64,000 bases of DNA from an uncultured Gemmatimonadales bacterium (lineage in GTDB: Bacteria; Gemmatimonadota; Gemmatimonadetes; Gemmatimonadales; GWC2-71-9): NCBI GenBank assembly GCA_963828735.1, contig CAWHFW010000002.1, positions 320,001 through 384,000 on the forward strand. The letters are read 5' to 3'. Below, piece after piece: positions 9,962 through 21,200 of the stretch; the first letter of the stretch is position 1; every line of letters starts with the position of its first letter. The notes beneath the pieces were generated by a model. The model ran no database searches and was not told the origin of the DNA. It saw nothing but the letters and a program-made list of their open reading frames with translations. The position numbers were made by a program, and so were the translations under genes.

Positions 9962-10879
9962 TCAGGGCGTCGCGGTATCGGCCGGGGGCGGCGCGGTGCG
10001 CTGGTTTTGCTCGAACTCGCGCTCCCGCTCCTTCCTGAGCCGCATGTCGCGAATCATCGCCTTGAATTCGTCCAGGTTGGCGGCGCGCTGGGCCGCGTAC
10101 TGCATGTCGGCCCGCAGATCCATCAGATGGTTGTATGCCTGATTCTGGTCGATGTTGCCGGCAGGGATCGGCAACAGCGCCAGTACCGCGGCGGGGATCT
10201 TGAGGCCCGCGATGTAGATGTTCTTGGAATCGAGGCCGTACTTCTTGCCAGCGATCTCCTTGGTCCAGCTCGGTAGGGTCTGCCCGCGCGCGGAGGGGTC
10301 GTTTGCGATCGAGTCGAGGTACGACTGGACGATGGCCGTCACCGCGCTGTCGACCAGCTCGACATGACGCTTGCTCAGGCGGCTCGCGAGTTCCTTGGGC
10401 GGCAGTGGCAGCGGGCGCACCCAGAGGCGGCCGTCCGCGAGGCCCGGGCCGATGAGGCCGATCAACGTGCGCGGCCGGGGGGCCGGCGCGCTCCCGGTGT
10501 CGATGCGGACGGGCACCCGCCGGGGCTCCGGAAGAACGGTAACGGCCTGCGGCCTCGGCCGGAGCGCCGGCCGGGACGGCCGTTCGCCGACGATGCCGGT
10601 GCCCGCCTTCCCTTCCGGGCGCGGGGTGCGGTAGGGCATGGGGATCTCCCTCGGCCCCTGGGAGGGAGGTGCGAGGACGATCAGCTCGGAAGTCCGATGG
10701 GGCACCGTCGGACGCCGTCCCTCCACCCAGCCGAACAGCAGCAGGCTGTGCACGGCCACGCTGGCCGCGATCGCGATCCACGGCCAGCGCCGCGAAGGCG
10801 GAAGCGCGATCTCAACCGGCCGACGCAAGCTCTCCTCTGAGAGTGGCGTCGAGTGCCTGGCCGAGCCGCCCGGCCGCAA
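9962..10879 (-). CDS. Hypothetical membrane-anchored protein with TonB-like anchor and Pro-rich linker
   Basis: TM segment with SxxxH (IAASVAVHSLLL), Pro/Arg-rich linker; start uncertain. Confidence 0.6.
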   Translation of the reverse strand: MRPGGSARHSTPLSEESLRRPVEIALPPSRRWPWIAIAASVAVHSLLLFGWVEGRRPTVPHRTSELIVLAPPSQGPREIPMPYRTPRPEGKAGTGIVGERPSRPALRPRPQAVTVLPEPRRVPVRIDTGSAPAPRPRTLIGLIGPGLADGRLWVRPLPLPPKELASRLSKRHVELVDSAVTAIVQSYLDSIANDPSARGQTLPSWTKEIAGKKYGLDSKNIYIAGLKIPAAVLALLPIPAGNIDQNQAYNHLMDLRADMQYAAQRAANLDEFKAMIRDMRLRKEREREFEQNQRTAPPPADTATP

Positions 10880-12008
10880 GCCGCAGCCGGTCGGCGCCGA
10901 CGGTGAGCGCGATGCGGAAAAACCCTTCCCCCGCGGGACCGAACGCGCTGCCTGGGAGCACCACCACCCCGGTCCCCTGGAGCGCCCGCATGGCGAAGGT
11001 CGCGGAAGGCGTGCCGGCCGGCAACGCCACCCAGAGGTACATGGCCGCCTTCGGCGCCTCGAGAGTGAAGCCCGCCTCCCGCAGCGCGGCGACCGCGGCG
11101 TCCCGGCGCCGCTCCAGCTCCGCGCGAATGGGCTCGACGATCGCCTCGGCCTGGTCGAGGGTCGCGGCGCCAGCCTTCTGCACGGCGAGGAACGGCCCGG
11201 TATCCGTGTAGGACTTGACCCGGGTAAGGGCGCCCACCAGCTCCGGCCGTCCCACAGTGAACCCGATCCGCCACCCGGTCATGGAGAAGCTCTTCGAGAG
11301 CGAGAAGAACTCGAGCGCGACATCGCGCGCCCCCGCTATCTCGAAGATGCTTGGCGCGCGATAACCGTCGAAGGTCAGATCGCAGTAGGCGTTATCGTAA
11401 GCGAGCAGGATGTCGTAACGACGGCAGAGGGCAACCGTCCGCTCGAGGTACTCTCGGGGCGCGATGGCCGCGGTCGGATTGTTCGGATAGTTGACGAACA
11501 CCAGTTTGGCGCGCCGGAGGACGGCTTGGGGCACCTGCTCCAGATCCAGGAGGAAGTCGTTCTCCGCACGGAGGGGCGCGATGTACGGATCGGCGCCGGC
11601 CAGAATGGATCCGCCGAGGTACGCCTGGTACCCGGGCTCGGGCACGATCGTGGCATCGCCCGGATTGACCACCGCGAACGGCAGATGGGACAATCCCTCC
11701 TTCGAACCGATGAGCGGCAGGGTCTCCGTCATCGGATCGAACCGGAGCCCGAACCGGCGCTCGACCCATCGCGAAGCGGCCTGCCGAAAGGCCGGCAGAC
11801 CCTGCTGAAACCCGTACTTGCTGTACGCGGGATCCTCGAGGGCCTCGCCCATCACCTGCACGGCGACGTCCGGCGGCGGCGTGTCGTTGTCGCCCGCCCC
11901 CAGGTCGATCACGTCGATCCCGGCCTCCACCAGCCGGCGCTTGAGGGTGGGAATCTCGGCGAGCGGATAGCCCGGCAGTGCGCCAAGGCGCTGGCTGAAT
12001 TCGATCAT
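10812..12008 (-). CDS. PLP-dependent class I/II aminotransferase (LL-diaminopimelate aminotransferase-like)
   Basis: IGSKEGL, NYPNNPT, DNAY, SLSKSFSMTGWRIG, GEGFFRIAL. Confidence 0.9.
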   Translation of the reverse strand: MIEFSQRLGALPGYPLAEIPTLKRRLVEAGIDVIDLGAGDNDTPPPDVAVQVMGEALEDPAYSKYGFQQGLPAFRQAASRWVERRFGLRFDPMTETLPLIGSKEGLSHLPFAVVNPGDATIVPEPGYQAYLGGSILAGADPYIAPLRAENDFLLDLEQVPQAVLRRAKLVFVNYPNNPTAAIAPREYLERTVALCRRYDILLAYDNAYCDLTFDGYRAPSIFEIAGARDVALEFFSLSKSFSMTGWRIGFTVGRPELVGALTRVKSYTDTGPFLAVQKAGAATLDQAEAIVEPIRAELERRRDAAVAALREAGFTLEAPKAAMYLWVALPAGTPSATFAMRALQGTGVVVLPGSAFGPAGEGFFRIALTVGADRLRLAAGRLGQALDATLRGELASAG

Positions 12009-12631
12009 CGGCGGCTGCCGTCGTGAACTGGATTGGAAAGGACACCGACGCCCGGGATCTCGACTTCCACGAGGTCGCCGTCGCGGAGCGGTCCGACGCC
12101 GGCGGGGGTGCCGGTGGCGATGAGGTCGCCCGGCTCGAGGGTCATGATCCCGCTGATGAACGAGACGAGGAACGGAATCTGGAACTGCATCTCCGTCGCG
12201 GGGGCGCGCTGCCGCTCCTCCCCGTTTACCCGGCCGACTACCTCGAGGGAACGCCAGTCGAGCCCCGTGGCCACGGCGGGTCCAACCGGACAGAAGGTGT
12301 CGTAGCCCTTCGCGCGCCCCCACTGGCCGTCGGTCTTCTGCAGGTCCCGGCACGTCACGTCGTTGAGGCAGACATAGCCGCCAATGGCGCGCTCCGCCTC
12401 CTCCTCGCTCGCCCGAGCGAGGCGCGTCCCGATGACCACCCCGATCTCGGCCTCGTACTCCACCTGCCGCGAGGTCGGGGGAATCACGATGGGATCGCCG
12501 GGTCCGACGAGGGCGCTGGGCGGCTTGAAGAACAGCATCGGCACCGGCGGCACCTCGTTCCCGAGCTCCTTGGCGTGGGCCCGGTAGTTACGGCCGACGC
12601 AAACGATCTTCGACGGGCGCACCGGGATCAC
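12005..12631 (-). CDS. Fumarylacetoacetate hydrolase family protein
   Basis: KIVCVGRNY, FFKPPS, YEAEIGVVIG, NDVTCRD, TLEPGDLIATGTP. Confidence 0.92.
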   Translation of the reverse strand: MIPVRPSKIVCVGRNYRAHAKELGNEVPPVPMLFFKPPSALVGPGDPIVIPPTSRQVEYEAEIGVVIGTRLARASEEEAERAIGGYVCLNDVTCRDLQKTDGQWGRAKGYDTFCPVGPAVATGLDWRSLEVVGRVNGEERQRAPATEMQFQIPFLVSFISGIMTLEPGDLIATGTPAGVGPLRDGDLVEVEIPGVGVLSNPVHDGSRR

Positions 12632-15141
12632 GCCACCGCTCCGATTCCTTGCCGGGCGAAGAAGTCCTCGCACTTGGTGCGGACCTGCGCCCAGCTGCCG
12701 ATGATCCGATCCGCTCGCGGCAATCCCCCGAGCAGCAGCGGTCCATAGCGCTTGGTGACGACGCGGCTGTCGAGCAGGACCACGACCCCCATGTCCATCC
12801 GGCTTCGGATCAACCGCCCGAACCCCTGCTTGAGCTTGAGCGCCGCGTGAGGCAGCAGGTAGTTCATGAACCCATCCTGCCCCTCTTCCGCCAGTCGCTC
12901 GAGTCGCGCCGCCGTGAGCGGCTCACTCGGCACCTTGAAAGGTACCTTGTTGAGCACCAGGGTGCGGAGCGCTCGCCCGGGCACGTCTACCCCTTCCCAA
13001 AACGAGTCGGTGCCCAGGAGAATCGCGTTCTCCGCCTGCCGGAAACGGCGCAGCAATCCGTCCCGCGGCGCTTCCCCCTGAACCAGGATGGGCCACCGCG
13101 TCCCCAGGACCGAGCGGAGCTCGTGCGCGGCCTTTCGGAGCGAGGCATGGCTGGTGAAGAGGACGAACATACCGCCATCGGATGCATAGGCCAGATCGGT
13201 CACGACCTGCACCACGGCCGTCGCGTGGGCATGCTCGTCCTCGCGAGGCTCCGGGAGGTCGTTCGGGATGCCGAACACGCACTGGGACGGGTAGTCGAAG
13301 GGCGAGGGAAACGCCTCGCGCACCGTGACCGGCGAGTCATTGCCCGCCAGCCCAAGGCGAGTCTCGAGAAAGGCGAAATCGCCGCCGGCCGCGAGCGTGG
13401 CGCTCGTGAGAACGACCGTATCGAGGCGGTCGAACAGCAGTGTCCGCAGGACGGGCGCCAAGTCGAGGGGCACAACCGACAGGCTGAGCTGCGGACCGCG
13501 CGGCGTCCGCTCCATCCACCGCACGGTAGGGGGGCCGCCGCCGGCGGGGCGGAGCGTCCGGTTGAGGCCATCGGAGATCCCGTCGAGTCGCCGCATGACC
13601 GCTCGGAGCTCCTGCAACAGGGAGGCACGCCGCTCGGTTTCCTCCGCTTCCGCCAGCCGGTCGGCAATCGTCTCCACGGTCTCCCGCAGCGCGCGAAAGG
13701 CGGCCAGCGTGGCATCGAGGTCGAAGGCGAGGCCCTCATCCCAGATGTCGTCGGTCGCGAAGTCCTCCGCTAGGCGCAGCTGGCCGGCCGGGAGACCGTC
13801 CAGGCGGTCCAACAGGCGCTGGAACATCGCCTCGCTGGCTCGCCGGGCGTCGCCCAACGCGGGCAACAGGCGCTGCTGGAGCAGGTCGAGACTCGCCCGG
13901 CTCAGGAGATCGCCTTGCGCCCTGAGCTCGTGGGCGAGGGTCGGCGCGAGCCCGCGGCCATTCCGCTCGAAGCGGGAGAGCAAGCGCCTGACCGCCCGGC
14001 TCCCGACCTGCACGCCGAGGTGTGACGCCGCGACATCCTCGAGGTGGTGGGCCTCGTCCAGCACCAGACGTCGATAGGGCGGCAGGACCGCCGCCTCTTC
14101 CCAATTGTCCTGAGCTTGCCTGACGCTGAGGTCGGCGGCGAGGAGGTGGTGATTCACGACGACCACATCGGCTTCGGCGGCCCGGCGGCGGGCACGGAAC
14201 AGGAAGCACTTGTCGAAATGGGCGCACTTGAGCCGGGTGCAGAGGTCCGGCTCGGCGCTCACCTCGTCCCACACCTCCGGCGACGGCATGGCGGGCAGAT
14301 CGCTCAGCGTGCCGTCGGCCGTGTGTCCGGCCCATTCCGCGATCCCCAACAGCTCGTCGAGCTTGTCCTGCTCGAGCAGGGTCCGCTGCGATCCCACCGC
14401 CTGGTGCATGCGCGCGAGGCAGAGGTAGTTCCGCCATCCCTTGAGCAAGGCGAAGGTCGGAGTGTAGCCCCCCGCGGTGAGCGCCCGGCGAAGCAATGGC
14501 AGGTCCTTGCCGACGAGCTGTTCCTGGAGGTTGATCGTGTTGGTGCTGACCACCGTCCGCTCGCCGTTGGCGCGCGCCCAGTGAAGCGCGGGTACGAGAT
14601 ACGCGAACGATTTGCCTATGCCCGTGCCCGCCTCGAGCAGCTGCACTCCGCCGTCGTTGTACCCGTCCGCGATGTAGGCGGCCATGTCCCGCTGGCTCCG
14701 CCGGTCCTCGTATTGTCCCAGCTCCGCGGCGATCGGCCCCCCCTCCCCCAGCGCGTCCACGACGTCGAAGGGGTCGATCCGCAGCACCGGCTGTTCGCGC
14801 GGCACCTCCACGACGACGTAAAGCGCTGTGGCACCGTTGTCGATGATGCCGAAACCGACACCGCCGTCGTGCAGTCGCGCGGCAACGTTGAGATCGGGTC
14901 CCGACGGGTCGAGCCGCCCGCTCGGGTGGTTGTGCAGCAACATCTCGCCCCGCTGCGCCACTCCCGGGAGCGCGAGCACCATGTCCACGGTTCCGCGCGC
15001 GACTGCGCGAGCGGCCGTGACCACGCCGTCCCGGTCCACCTGGGCGACGAACGACACTTCGCGGCCGCCGGCCTCGGCGATTTCGCCGGCCAGGTACGCG
15101 CGGACGCCCGGGGCGATGCGCTCGGAGGGATGGATGGTCAC
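12628..15141 (-). CDS. DinG/XPD-family Fe-S helicase with N-terminal JAB/MPN (RadC-like) domain
   Basis: HNHPSGRLDPSGPD JAB motif; EAGTGIGKS, four Fe-S Cys, DEAH, SATL, FWEGVD, QGFGRLIR. Confidence 0.9.
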   Translation of the reverse strand: MTIHPSERIAPGVRAYLAGEIAEAGGREVSFVAQVDRDGVVTAARAVARGTVDMVLALPGVAQRGEMLLHNHPSGRLDPSGPDLNVAARLHDGGVGFGIIDNGATALYVVVEVPREQPVLRIDPFDVVDALGEGGPIAAELGQYEDRRSQRDMAAYIADGYNDGGVQLLEAGTGIGKSFAYLVPALHWARANGERTVVSTNTINLQEQLVGKDLPLLRRALTAGGYTPTFALLKGWRNYLCLARMHQAVGSQRTLLEQDKLDELLGIAEWAGHTADGTLSDLPAMPSPEVWDEVSAEPDLCTRLKCAHFDKCFLFRARRRAAEADVVVVNHHLLAADLSVRQAQDNWEEAAVLPPYRRLVLDEAHHLEDVAASHLGVQVGSRAVRRLLSRFERNGRGLAPTLAHELRAQGDLLSRASLDLLQQRLLPALGDARRASEAMFQRLLDRLDGLPAGQLRLAEDFATDDIWDEGLAFDLDATLAAFRALRETVETIADRLAEAEETERRASLLQELRAVMRRLDGISDGLNRTLRPAGGGPPTVRWMERTPRGPQLSLSVVPLDLAPVLRTLLFDRLDTVVLTSATLAAGGDFAFLETRLGLAGNDSPVTVREAFPSPFDYPSQCVFGIPNDLPEPREDEHAHATAVVQVVTDLAYASDGGMFVLFTSHASLRKAAHELRSVLGTRWPILVQGEAPRDGLLRRFRQAENAILLGTDSFWEGVDVPGRALRTLVLNKVPFKVPSEPLTAARLERLAEEGQDGFMNYLLPHAALKLKQGFGRLIRSRMDMGVVVLLDSRVVTKRYGPLLLGGLPRADRIIGSWAQVRTKCEDFFARQGIGAVA

Positions 15142-15259
15142 GTCTGTCCTGGGCAGCGGATGAGCTTCGGGATCTCTGTCGACGAACCCCGGGCGACGCG
15201 AAGGGGGCATGCACCCATGCCCCCTTCGCCTCACTCGGTGTGCCTCTAAAATAATACCG

Positions 15260-16552
15260 CTACGTCTTGAGCTCCTTCTTCTTGGCGGCCGGGAACAGCA
15301 CGTTGTTGAGAATCAGCCGGTAGCCCGGCGAGTGCGGGTGCAGCGACAGGTCGGTCGGCACGTCGCCGATCTGGTGCTGGGGATCTTCGGGATCATGACC
15401 ACCGAAGAAGGTCCAGGTTCCCTGGCCGTGCTCCCCGTGAATGTACTTGACCCACGGGGCGCCCGGCTCGTCGGCTAACACCGTCACGCTCGGCTTCAGG
15501 GTCTTCCGGGTGAACGAGGTCGTGAGGCCGTAGAAATCAGGGATCACCTGCCGGTGGCTTTGGACCAGCATCGTGGCCACCGGATCGATCTTCGCGCTGA
15601 AATTGAAGAGCGTGAACGAGCCGAGCGGCTGCCGGCGGTCGGGTGAGTTGACCTGGTGGCCATCGATGTCGGAGTACACCGGGATGGTCGGACTGAGCTC
15701 GAGTGTCGCCCCTTGGAAGGCGAGAGTCTCGTCCCAGTGCATCCGCTGGGACGCATCGGGATCCATCGGGGTGCCATCGGCGTAGGCCGCGGCAATGTCG
15801 ACCTTGTCCGCCGCGAGAGCCAGGTCCAGAGTTTCGGTGGCGGTGCACATGGCGAACAGGAAGCCGCCTCGCGCGACGTAGTCGGCGATGGCCACGGCCA
15901 CCGCGCGTTTCTCGGCGGGCACCGAGGGGTAGCCGAGCTGGCGGGCCATGGCCCGGTTGCGATCGACCATGTCCACCAGCCAGGGCGACCCCGCGTAGTT
16001 GAGAAAGAACTTCGAGTACTGGCCGGTGAAATCCTCGTGGTGCAGGTGCAGCCAGTCGTAGGTCTTGAGCTTCGAGCCGAGCACCTCCGCGTCCCAGACC
16101 TTCTCGAAGCTGATCCCGGCGTAGTTGAGGGCCATGGTGACGGCGTCGTCCCACGGCGCGGCGTTGGGCGGCGCGTACACAGCCACCTTGGGAGCCTTTT
16201 CCAGGGGCACGGCGTCCATGTTGCCCCCCTCGAGCTCGCCCCGGATGCTCACGACTCGGGCGTCGTCGAGTGGCTCAGTGGTGATGCCGTTCAGCGCGGC
16301 GTCGCGCGAGGTGACATCGTCCGCCGGCAGCAGGAACGAGCCGCTCCGGTAGTTGAGGAACCACTCCGCGCGCCCGCCGCGCTCCAACAGCCGGAACGCG
16401 AGGCCATAGGCCTTGAGGTGGTCGGCCTGGGCATCGTCCATCGGGACGAGGAGCCACGGAGAGGCCCTGGCCCAGCGGAACCGCCCGAGGGCGGGAGACA
16501 GGGCCAGCAGCCCGGCGCCGGTCCGCGTCAGGAAGTCGCGCCGGTTCATCAT
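15260..16552 (-). CDS. Tat-exported conserved protein, probable class I glutamine-amidotransferase-like fold
   Basis: NRRDFL Tat signal; HLKAYG, DWLHLHHEDFTGQY, GGFLFAMC, GHDPED. Confidence 0.7.
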   Translation of the reverse strand: MMNRRDFLTRTGAGLLALSPALGRFRWARASPWLLVPMDDAQADHLKAYGLAFRLLERGGRAEWFLNYRSGSFLLPADDVTSRDAALNGITTEPLDDARVVSIRGELEGGNMDAVPLEKAPKVAVYAPPNAAPWDDAVTMALNYAGISFEKVWDAEVLGSKLKTYDWLHLHHEDFTGQYSKFFLNYAGSPWLVDMVDRNRAMARQLGYPSVPAEKRAVAVAIADYVARGGFLFAMCTATETLDLALAADKVDIAAAYADGTPMDPDASQRMHWDETLAFQGATLELSPTIPVYSDIDGHQVNSPDRRQPLGSFTLFNFSAKIDPVATMLVQSHRQVIPDFYGLTTSFTRKTLKPSVTVLADEPGAPWVKYIHGEHGQGTWTFFGGHDPEDPQHQIGDVPTDLSLHPHSPGYRLILNNVLFPAAKKKELKT

Positions 16553-18282
16553 GTCTGGGGCACCGCACCCCGTGCCTCGTCAAGCCTGCGGCGGGCCTGT
16601 GGGACCAGCGCGCTGGACGGATAGGTCAGGATCATGTGCTCCAGCGGTGCGACCGCCTCGCTCGGACGGCGCTGGTCCAGGAGGAGCTCCGCGAGGGCGA
16701 GCTCCGCGGCCGGGGCGGTGGCGGGTGCGTCCGGTGCCGCGGCGGCCTTCAACAGGCGCTCCGCGTCGCCTGCCTTGCCGGTCGCGGCCGCGAGTCGGCC
16801 GGCGAGAAGGCGCACTTCCGCACCCCCCTTGGCGGGCGCCAGCTGGGCGCCGACCCTGTCGAGACCCGCGACGGCCCGGGCGGTATCCCCGCGCGCGAGT
16901 GCGAACAACGCCTCGCCAAGGGCCGGGAGGCTGTCCGCTTCGATCGGCTGCAGGAGCGCGAGCAGGCCGGTTCGCTCGGTGGCATCATTTCGGTCCCCCG
17001 CGAACGGCCCGGCCGCCTTGAACCGCTCGATGGCGCCAGGGATGTCGCCCCGGTACAGCCTGAGCCGCCCTGCGATCGCGAGGCCATCCACCGTGCTGTC
17101 ACCGCGCAGCGCCGAATCGGCCTTCGCCAGGTCGCCTGCCTGGACATATCCCACGACGAGACGGCGCTGGAGCATCGCGTACTCCTCGCCGCTCATGTCG
17201 CTGCGGTGCTCGGCGAGGCGGCGGGCAGCCTCGTCGAGCTTCCCTTCGCCGATGAGGACTTGGACCAGCGTCGAGGACGCCCCGGCGGCGATGGTGCCGG
17301 GCGCCGCTCGATCGTCGGCGATGCCGGTGAGCATTCGGCGGGCGGCCTCGCGCTCTCCCGCCGCGGTGTATGCGCGTGCGGCATCCAGCCGGATGCGCGC
17401 GCGGTCCTGCTCCCGGCTCCGCTCCGCAATGAGCTCGAGCGCCTTGCCCTGCGCCTCGCGCCCGTCTCGGCCGGGGACGGTACGGAGCTGGTCGCTCAGC
17501 CCCCGCAGCGCCTCCAGGGCCGCGGCCGAATCGGAAGGCAGATCGTCTTGCAGCCTATCGAGTGCCCCGAGCGGATCACCCCAGCGGGCACGCAAGTCCG
17601 CCTCGAGCCGTCGGGCCGGAAGGTCGCGCTCCCGGCCCAGGTCGGACAAAAGGTCTGAGTGCAGCGAGTCCGGCGCCTGGACCAGCGTGCCGACCGCCGT
17701 CACCCGGTACCCGGGGACGCGCCGGATCGCCGGCAGCCACTCGCGAAGAGCACTGCGGTAGTCACCGTCGGCGATCGAAAGCTGAGCGACCTCCGCGGCC
17801 AGTGCGTCCGGCCGGTGCAGCGCCTCCCTGCCCCGAAGGTACGCCTCCCTGGCACCGGCGCGGTCTCGCTGGATGAGGGCGGCCGCGCCCCACTCCCTGA
17901 AAGGCGTCTCGTCGCCTGGCGCTGACGCGGCCCACCGCTCGGCGACCGCCCGTAGGCTGTCCGGCTCATTCGCGGACGACCAGGCCCGCAGCGCCACACC
18001 ATACACGGCGCCGCTCGCGGGCGAGGGCGTGACGGCGGCGAGCGCGGCACGTACCTGAGGCAGAATGTCGGTCGGCCGACCCAGCGGCATCAGCACGCGC
18101 TCGAGGCCGAGCAACGCGGCGGGATCAGCCGGCTTCCCCGCGAGGACGCTGCGATAGGCATGAGCCGCCGCCTGGTAGTTGCCGCGCCGCTCGAGCTCGA
18201 ACGCGCGCGACATCGTCGAGTCCTGGGCCCCGACCAGCCTCGGCGCGAGCGCCAGGACCACCGCCAGCCAGGCCCCTCTCAT
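16549..18282 (-). CDS. Secreted tetratricopeptide-repeat protein
   Basis: Signal peptide, Ala/Leu-rich helical repeats, C-terminal YPSS..A TPR end. Confidence 0.75.
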   Translation of the reverse strand: MRGAWLAVVLALAPRLVGAQDSTMSRAFELERRGNYQAAAHAYRSVLAGKPADPAALLGLERVLMPLGRPTDILPQVRAALAAVTPSPASGAVYGVALRAWSSANEPDSLRAVAERWAASAPGDETPFREWGAAALIQRDRAGAREAYLRGREALHRPDALAAEVAQLSIADGDYRSALREWLPAIRRVPGYRVTAVGTLVQAPDSLHSDLLSDLGRERDLPARRLEADLRARWGDPLGALDRLQDDLPSDSAAALEALRGLSDQLRTVPGRDGREAQGKALELIAERSREQDRARIRLDAARAYTAAGEREAARRMLTGIADDRAAPGTIAAGASSTLVQVLIGEGKLDEAARRLAEHRSDMSGEEYAMLQRRLVVGYVQAGDLAKADSALRGDSTVDGLAIAGRLRLYRGDIPGAIERFKAAGPFAGDRNDATERTGLLALLQPIEADSLPALGEALFALARGDTARAVAGLDRVGAQLAPAKGGAEVRLLAGRLAAATGKAGDAERLLKAAAAPDAPATAPAAELALAELLLDQRRPSEAVAPLEHMILTYPSSALVPQARRRLDEARGAVPQT

Positions 18283-21200
18283 GGCGTTCGTGCCTCGGTA
18301 AGGCGCCGGAAGTAGTCCACCACCAGCCGCCGTTCCTCCGGCGAGAGCTGCTGCAGCTCCTCCCAGCTCGGCACCCGCAGCCGATCGTCGTCGCCGGTGA
18401 GCCTGGCACGGAGCGCTGGCGGCAAGTGCACGCTGTCATCGGTGGCCGTCGTGCTCTGACGCTCCTTCCGCTCGTCCTCTTCGCGCCCTTGCAGGGTTCG
18501 GCCGGCATCGAGCATGCGGCGGAACAGCCGCTCCTGGCGCTCGACCACCTGCCGGTCGAGGCGGCCGCCCTCGAGTCGCTTGGCAAGATCCTTCGCCTCG
18601 TCGGCCATCTCCCCCGCCCCCGGTAGATCGCCGCCGCCCTTCAGCTTCTGAAGCTCCTCCGCGAGCGCGCGCTGGCGGGCGCCGAGCTGTCTGAGCTGCT
18701 CGCGGATTGCCCCCGACCCGGCCATGGGCAGCAAGCCGGCCCCTTGCTGGCCAAGCCCGCCCTGCTGCTTCGCCAGCTCGGCCATCCGCTCCAGAGCCTC
18801 CGCCAACCCCGATCCCGACTCGGCCCCCTGGACGTCCCCGCGGGCACGGAGCAGCTGGTAGGCCGTCGCGTTGAGCGCATCCACCGCGCCGCCCGCCTGC
18901 TCGGCGCCTTCCCGCGCGTTGGGTGACGCGTTCGAGATCGCCTCCCGCGTGCGTTGCATCTGGAGCTGTGCGGCACCGAGGGCGGCTCCGATCTCCGGCG
19001 ACACCAGGGCGTTCTTGCCCGCGGTCTGTCGCATGTGCTCGAGCAAGCGCTCAACGCCCTCTTCGATGGCTCCCTGCTCGGCTCGGACCTGACCGCCGAC
19101 ATTGGCGCCGCTCTGCAACTGCTCCTGGACGGTGAGCTGGCGCTCCGCGAGGCGACTCGTTTCGGCGAGGGCCTGATCGATCGCGGCCATGACTTCCTGC
19201 TTCCACTGCTGCTGCATCCCCTGGCGTTCCTGCTGGAGCTGCTCGCTCAAGGGCTCGAGCGACCGCTCCGCCTCTTCGCCCTTCTCTCGAGCCTGCTCGC
19301 GCCGTCCGGACTGGCTGGCGGACGCGGCCTGCTTCATCTGCCCGCCGGCTTCTTGCGCCTGGTTCCCGGCCGCGTCGAGCCGGGCCTGCCGGGACGAGTC
19401 GCCCATGGACTGGCCCACGCGATCGAGGGCCGCGGCGAGCGAATCCGCGCGCGCCGCGAGCTCACGCTCGGCCTGTGCGGCCCGGGCACTGTCGCTCGCG
19501 CCGACCTGCCGGTTCCATTCGCGCTGCTCCTGCGCCAGCTCCTTGGACTCCTGGCTGAGATTCGCGAGGTCGCCCTCGAGCGCCGCCCGACGAAACAGCT
19601 CGCGGCTCCGCTCGAGCGCTTTGCGCGCTTCCTTCTGCGCATCGGCAAGCCGCTCGAGCGCCTCGCGGGTCCGGTCCGCGTCGAGCTCCTTGAGCGCCTG
19701 CTGCAGCTCCTGCAAGCGGTCCCGCAGCTCGGGAGAGAGCGCCCGCTCGAGCTCCTGGCGGATGTCGGCCAGCTCGCGTTGCCACGCCGTATCACCGAGA
19801 CCGGCTGCCTCCGCGCTCTTGCGGAGCGCCTCGACTGACTGCTTCAGCGACTCGGCCTGCTGCATCAGAACCTGTTGCGATTTGGCGACGCTCTCCGCCT
19901 TCTTCGCGTCCTCGAATGACAGCGACTCGCCGTTCTTCTCTCCGCGCCCCTCGGTGGAACGCGGCCGTTCCTGTGCGAGGTCGTCCGTCTGCCGCTCGAG
20001 CTGCTTGCTCGCGGCGGCGATCGAATCGAGGCGGCTCGACACGGCTTCGGTGACCACCCGCTGGGCCGCGCGCACCTCGCTCATGGTCGGGAGGCGTAGC
20101 ACATACTCCCGCGAGCGTCCCGACTGGCGCCCGGGCGCGTTATCGGTCGCGACGGCCCAATACCGGACCGTGTCGCCCGGAAGCAGGCCGCGCCGGGTGA
20201 GGTTGAGGGTGTGGCTCAGGATCGCGCGATCCGGCGTCTCCGCCGGCAGGGCGACGGTCTCGCGTCGCACCGAGTCCACGACTCCCAGCCGACTGATGCG
20301 GCGGCTCTCGAGCATGACGCCGGTGAGGCCGTGGTCGTCCCGGACATCGAGGACCAGAGGGACTTCGAGGCTGATCGGCGCCAAGGTGTCGGTCCCGGGC
20401 ACGGGCACCTCGACGTGGGGCGCGCTGTCGGCCACCAGCCGCACCGGCAGCCGCACCGTGTCGGAGGTGAGCGGCGCGCCGTTCGCGGTGACCAGGTGCA
20501 GTCGGTATTCGCCTGAGGTCTGCGGGACGAAGCTCCCAGCGAACCGTCCGCCGTCCACGCGAAGGTCCGTCCGTCGGGCGTCCACGCTCCAGGCCGCGGT
20601 CGCGAGCGGCGCGGTGGCCTCGCCCCGCGTCTCGAGCCGGGTCCCGGCGGGCAGCAGCAGCGTATCGCCGCCCGTCGGCACGGGCTCGGCGTCGAGACCG
20701 AGGTATGCGGGATAGTGAGCGGTGACGGCTAGGCTGCCGAGGAAGACGGGAAGCCTGACCTGGATGAAGACGGTGTCCGAGGAGCGCGTGCCGCTGGTGA
20801 CCCGCGCGAAGATGTCGCTCTGCAAGGCGCCGGTTGTCACCTGCGCGTGTCCGAGGGTGTCGAGCGATACTCCCCGTGCGCGCCAGCCTTCCCCGGGCGC
20901 CCGAAGCCACAAGGTCGCGTGGCGCCGGCCGAACGCTTCCAGCCGGAGCGTCGTCGAGTCGCCGCGGTCGACCACATCGCGGTCGGCGATCACCCGCACG
21001 GGCGCGACCGTGGCGTCCCACGCGCGGCGCGGATGCCAGAGCGCGGCGGCTGGCCCGTGAACCGGACCGGCCGAGCCGAACGCGGCAAGGCCGAGCACGA
21101 GGACACCGAGCCCGGCGAGACCGAGCAGCCGCACGGGCCGCGCGACAGGCTCGGCCGCGGCCGTGCCACGCTTATCCACGTCCTCGGCATGCAGGCGGTC

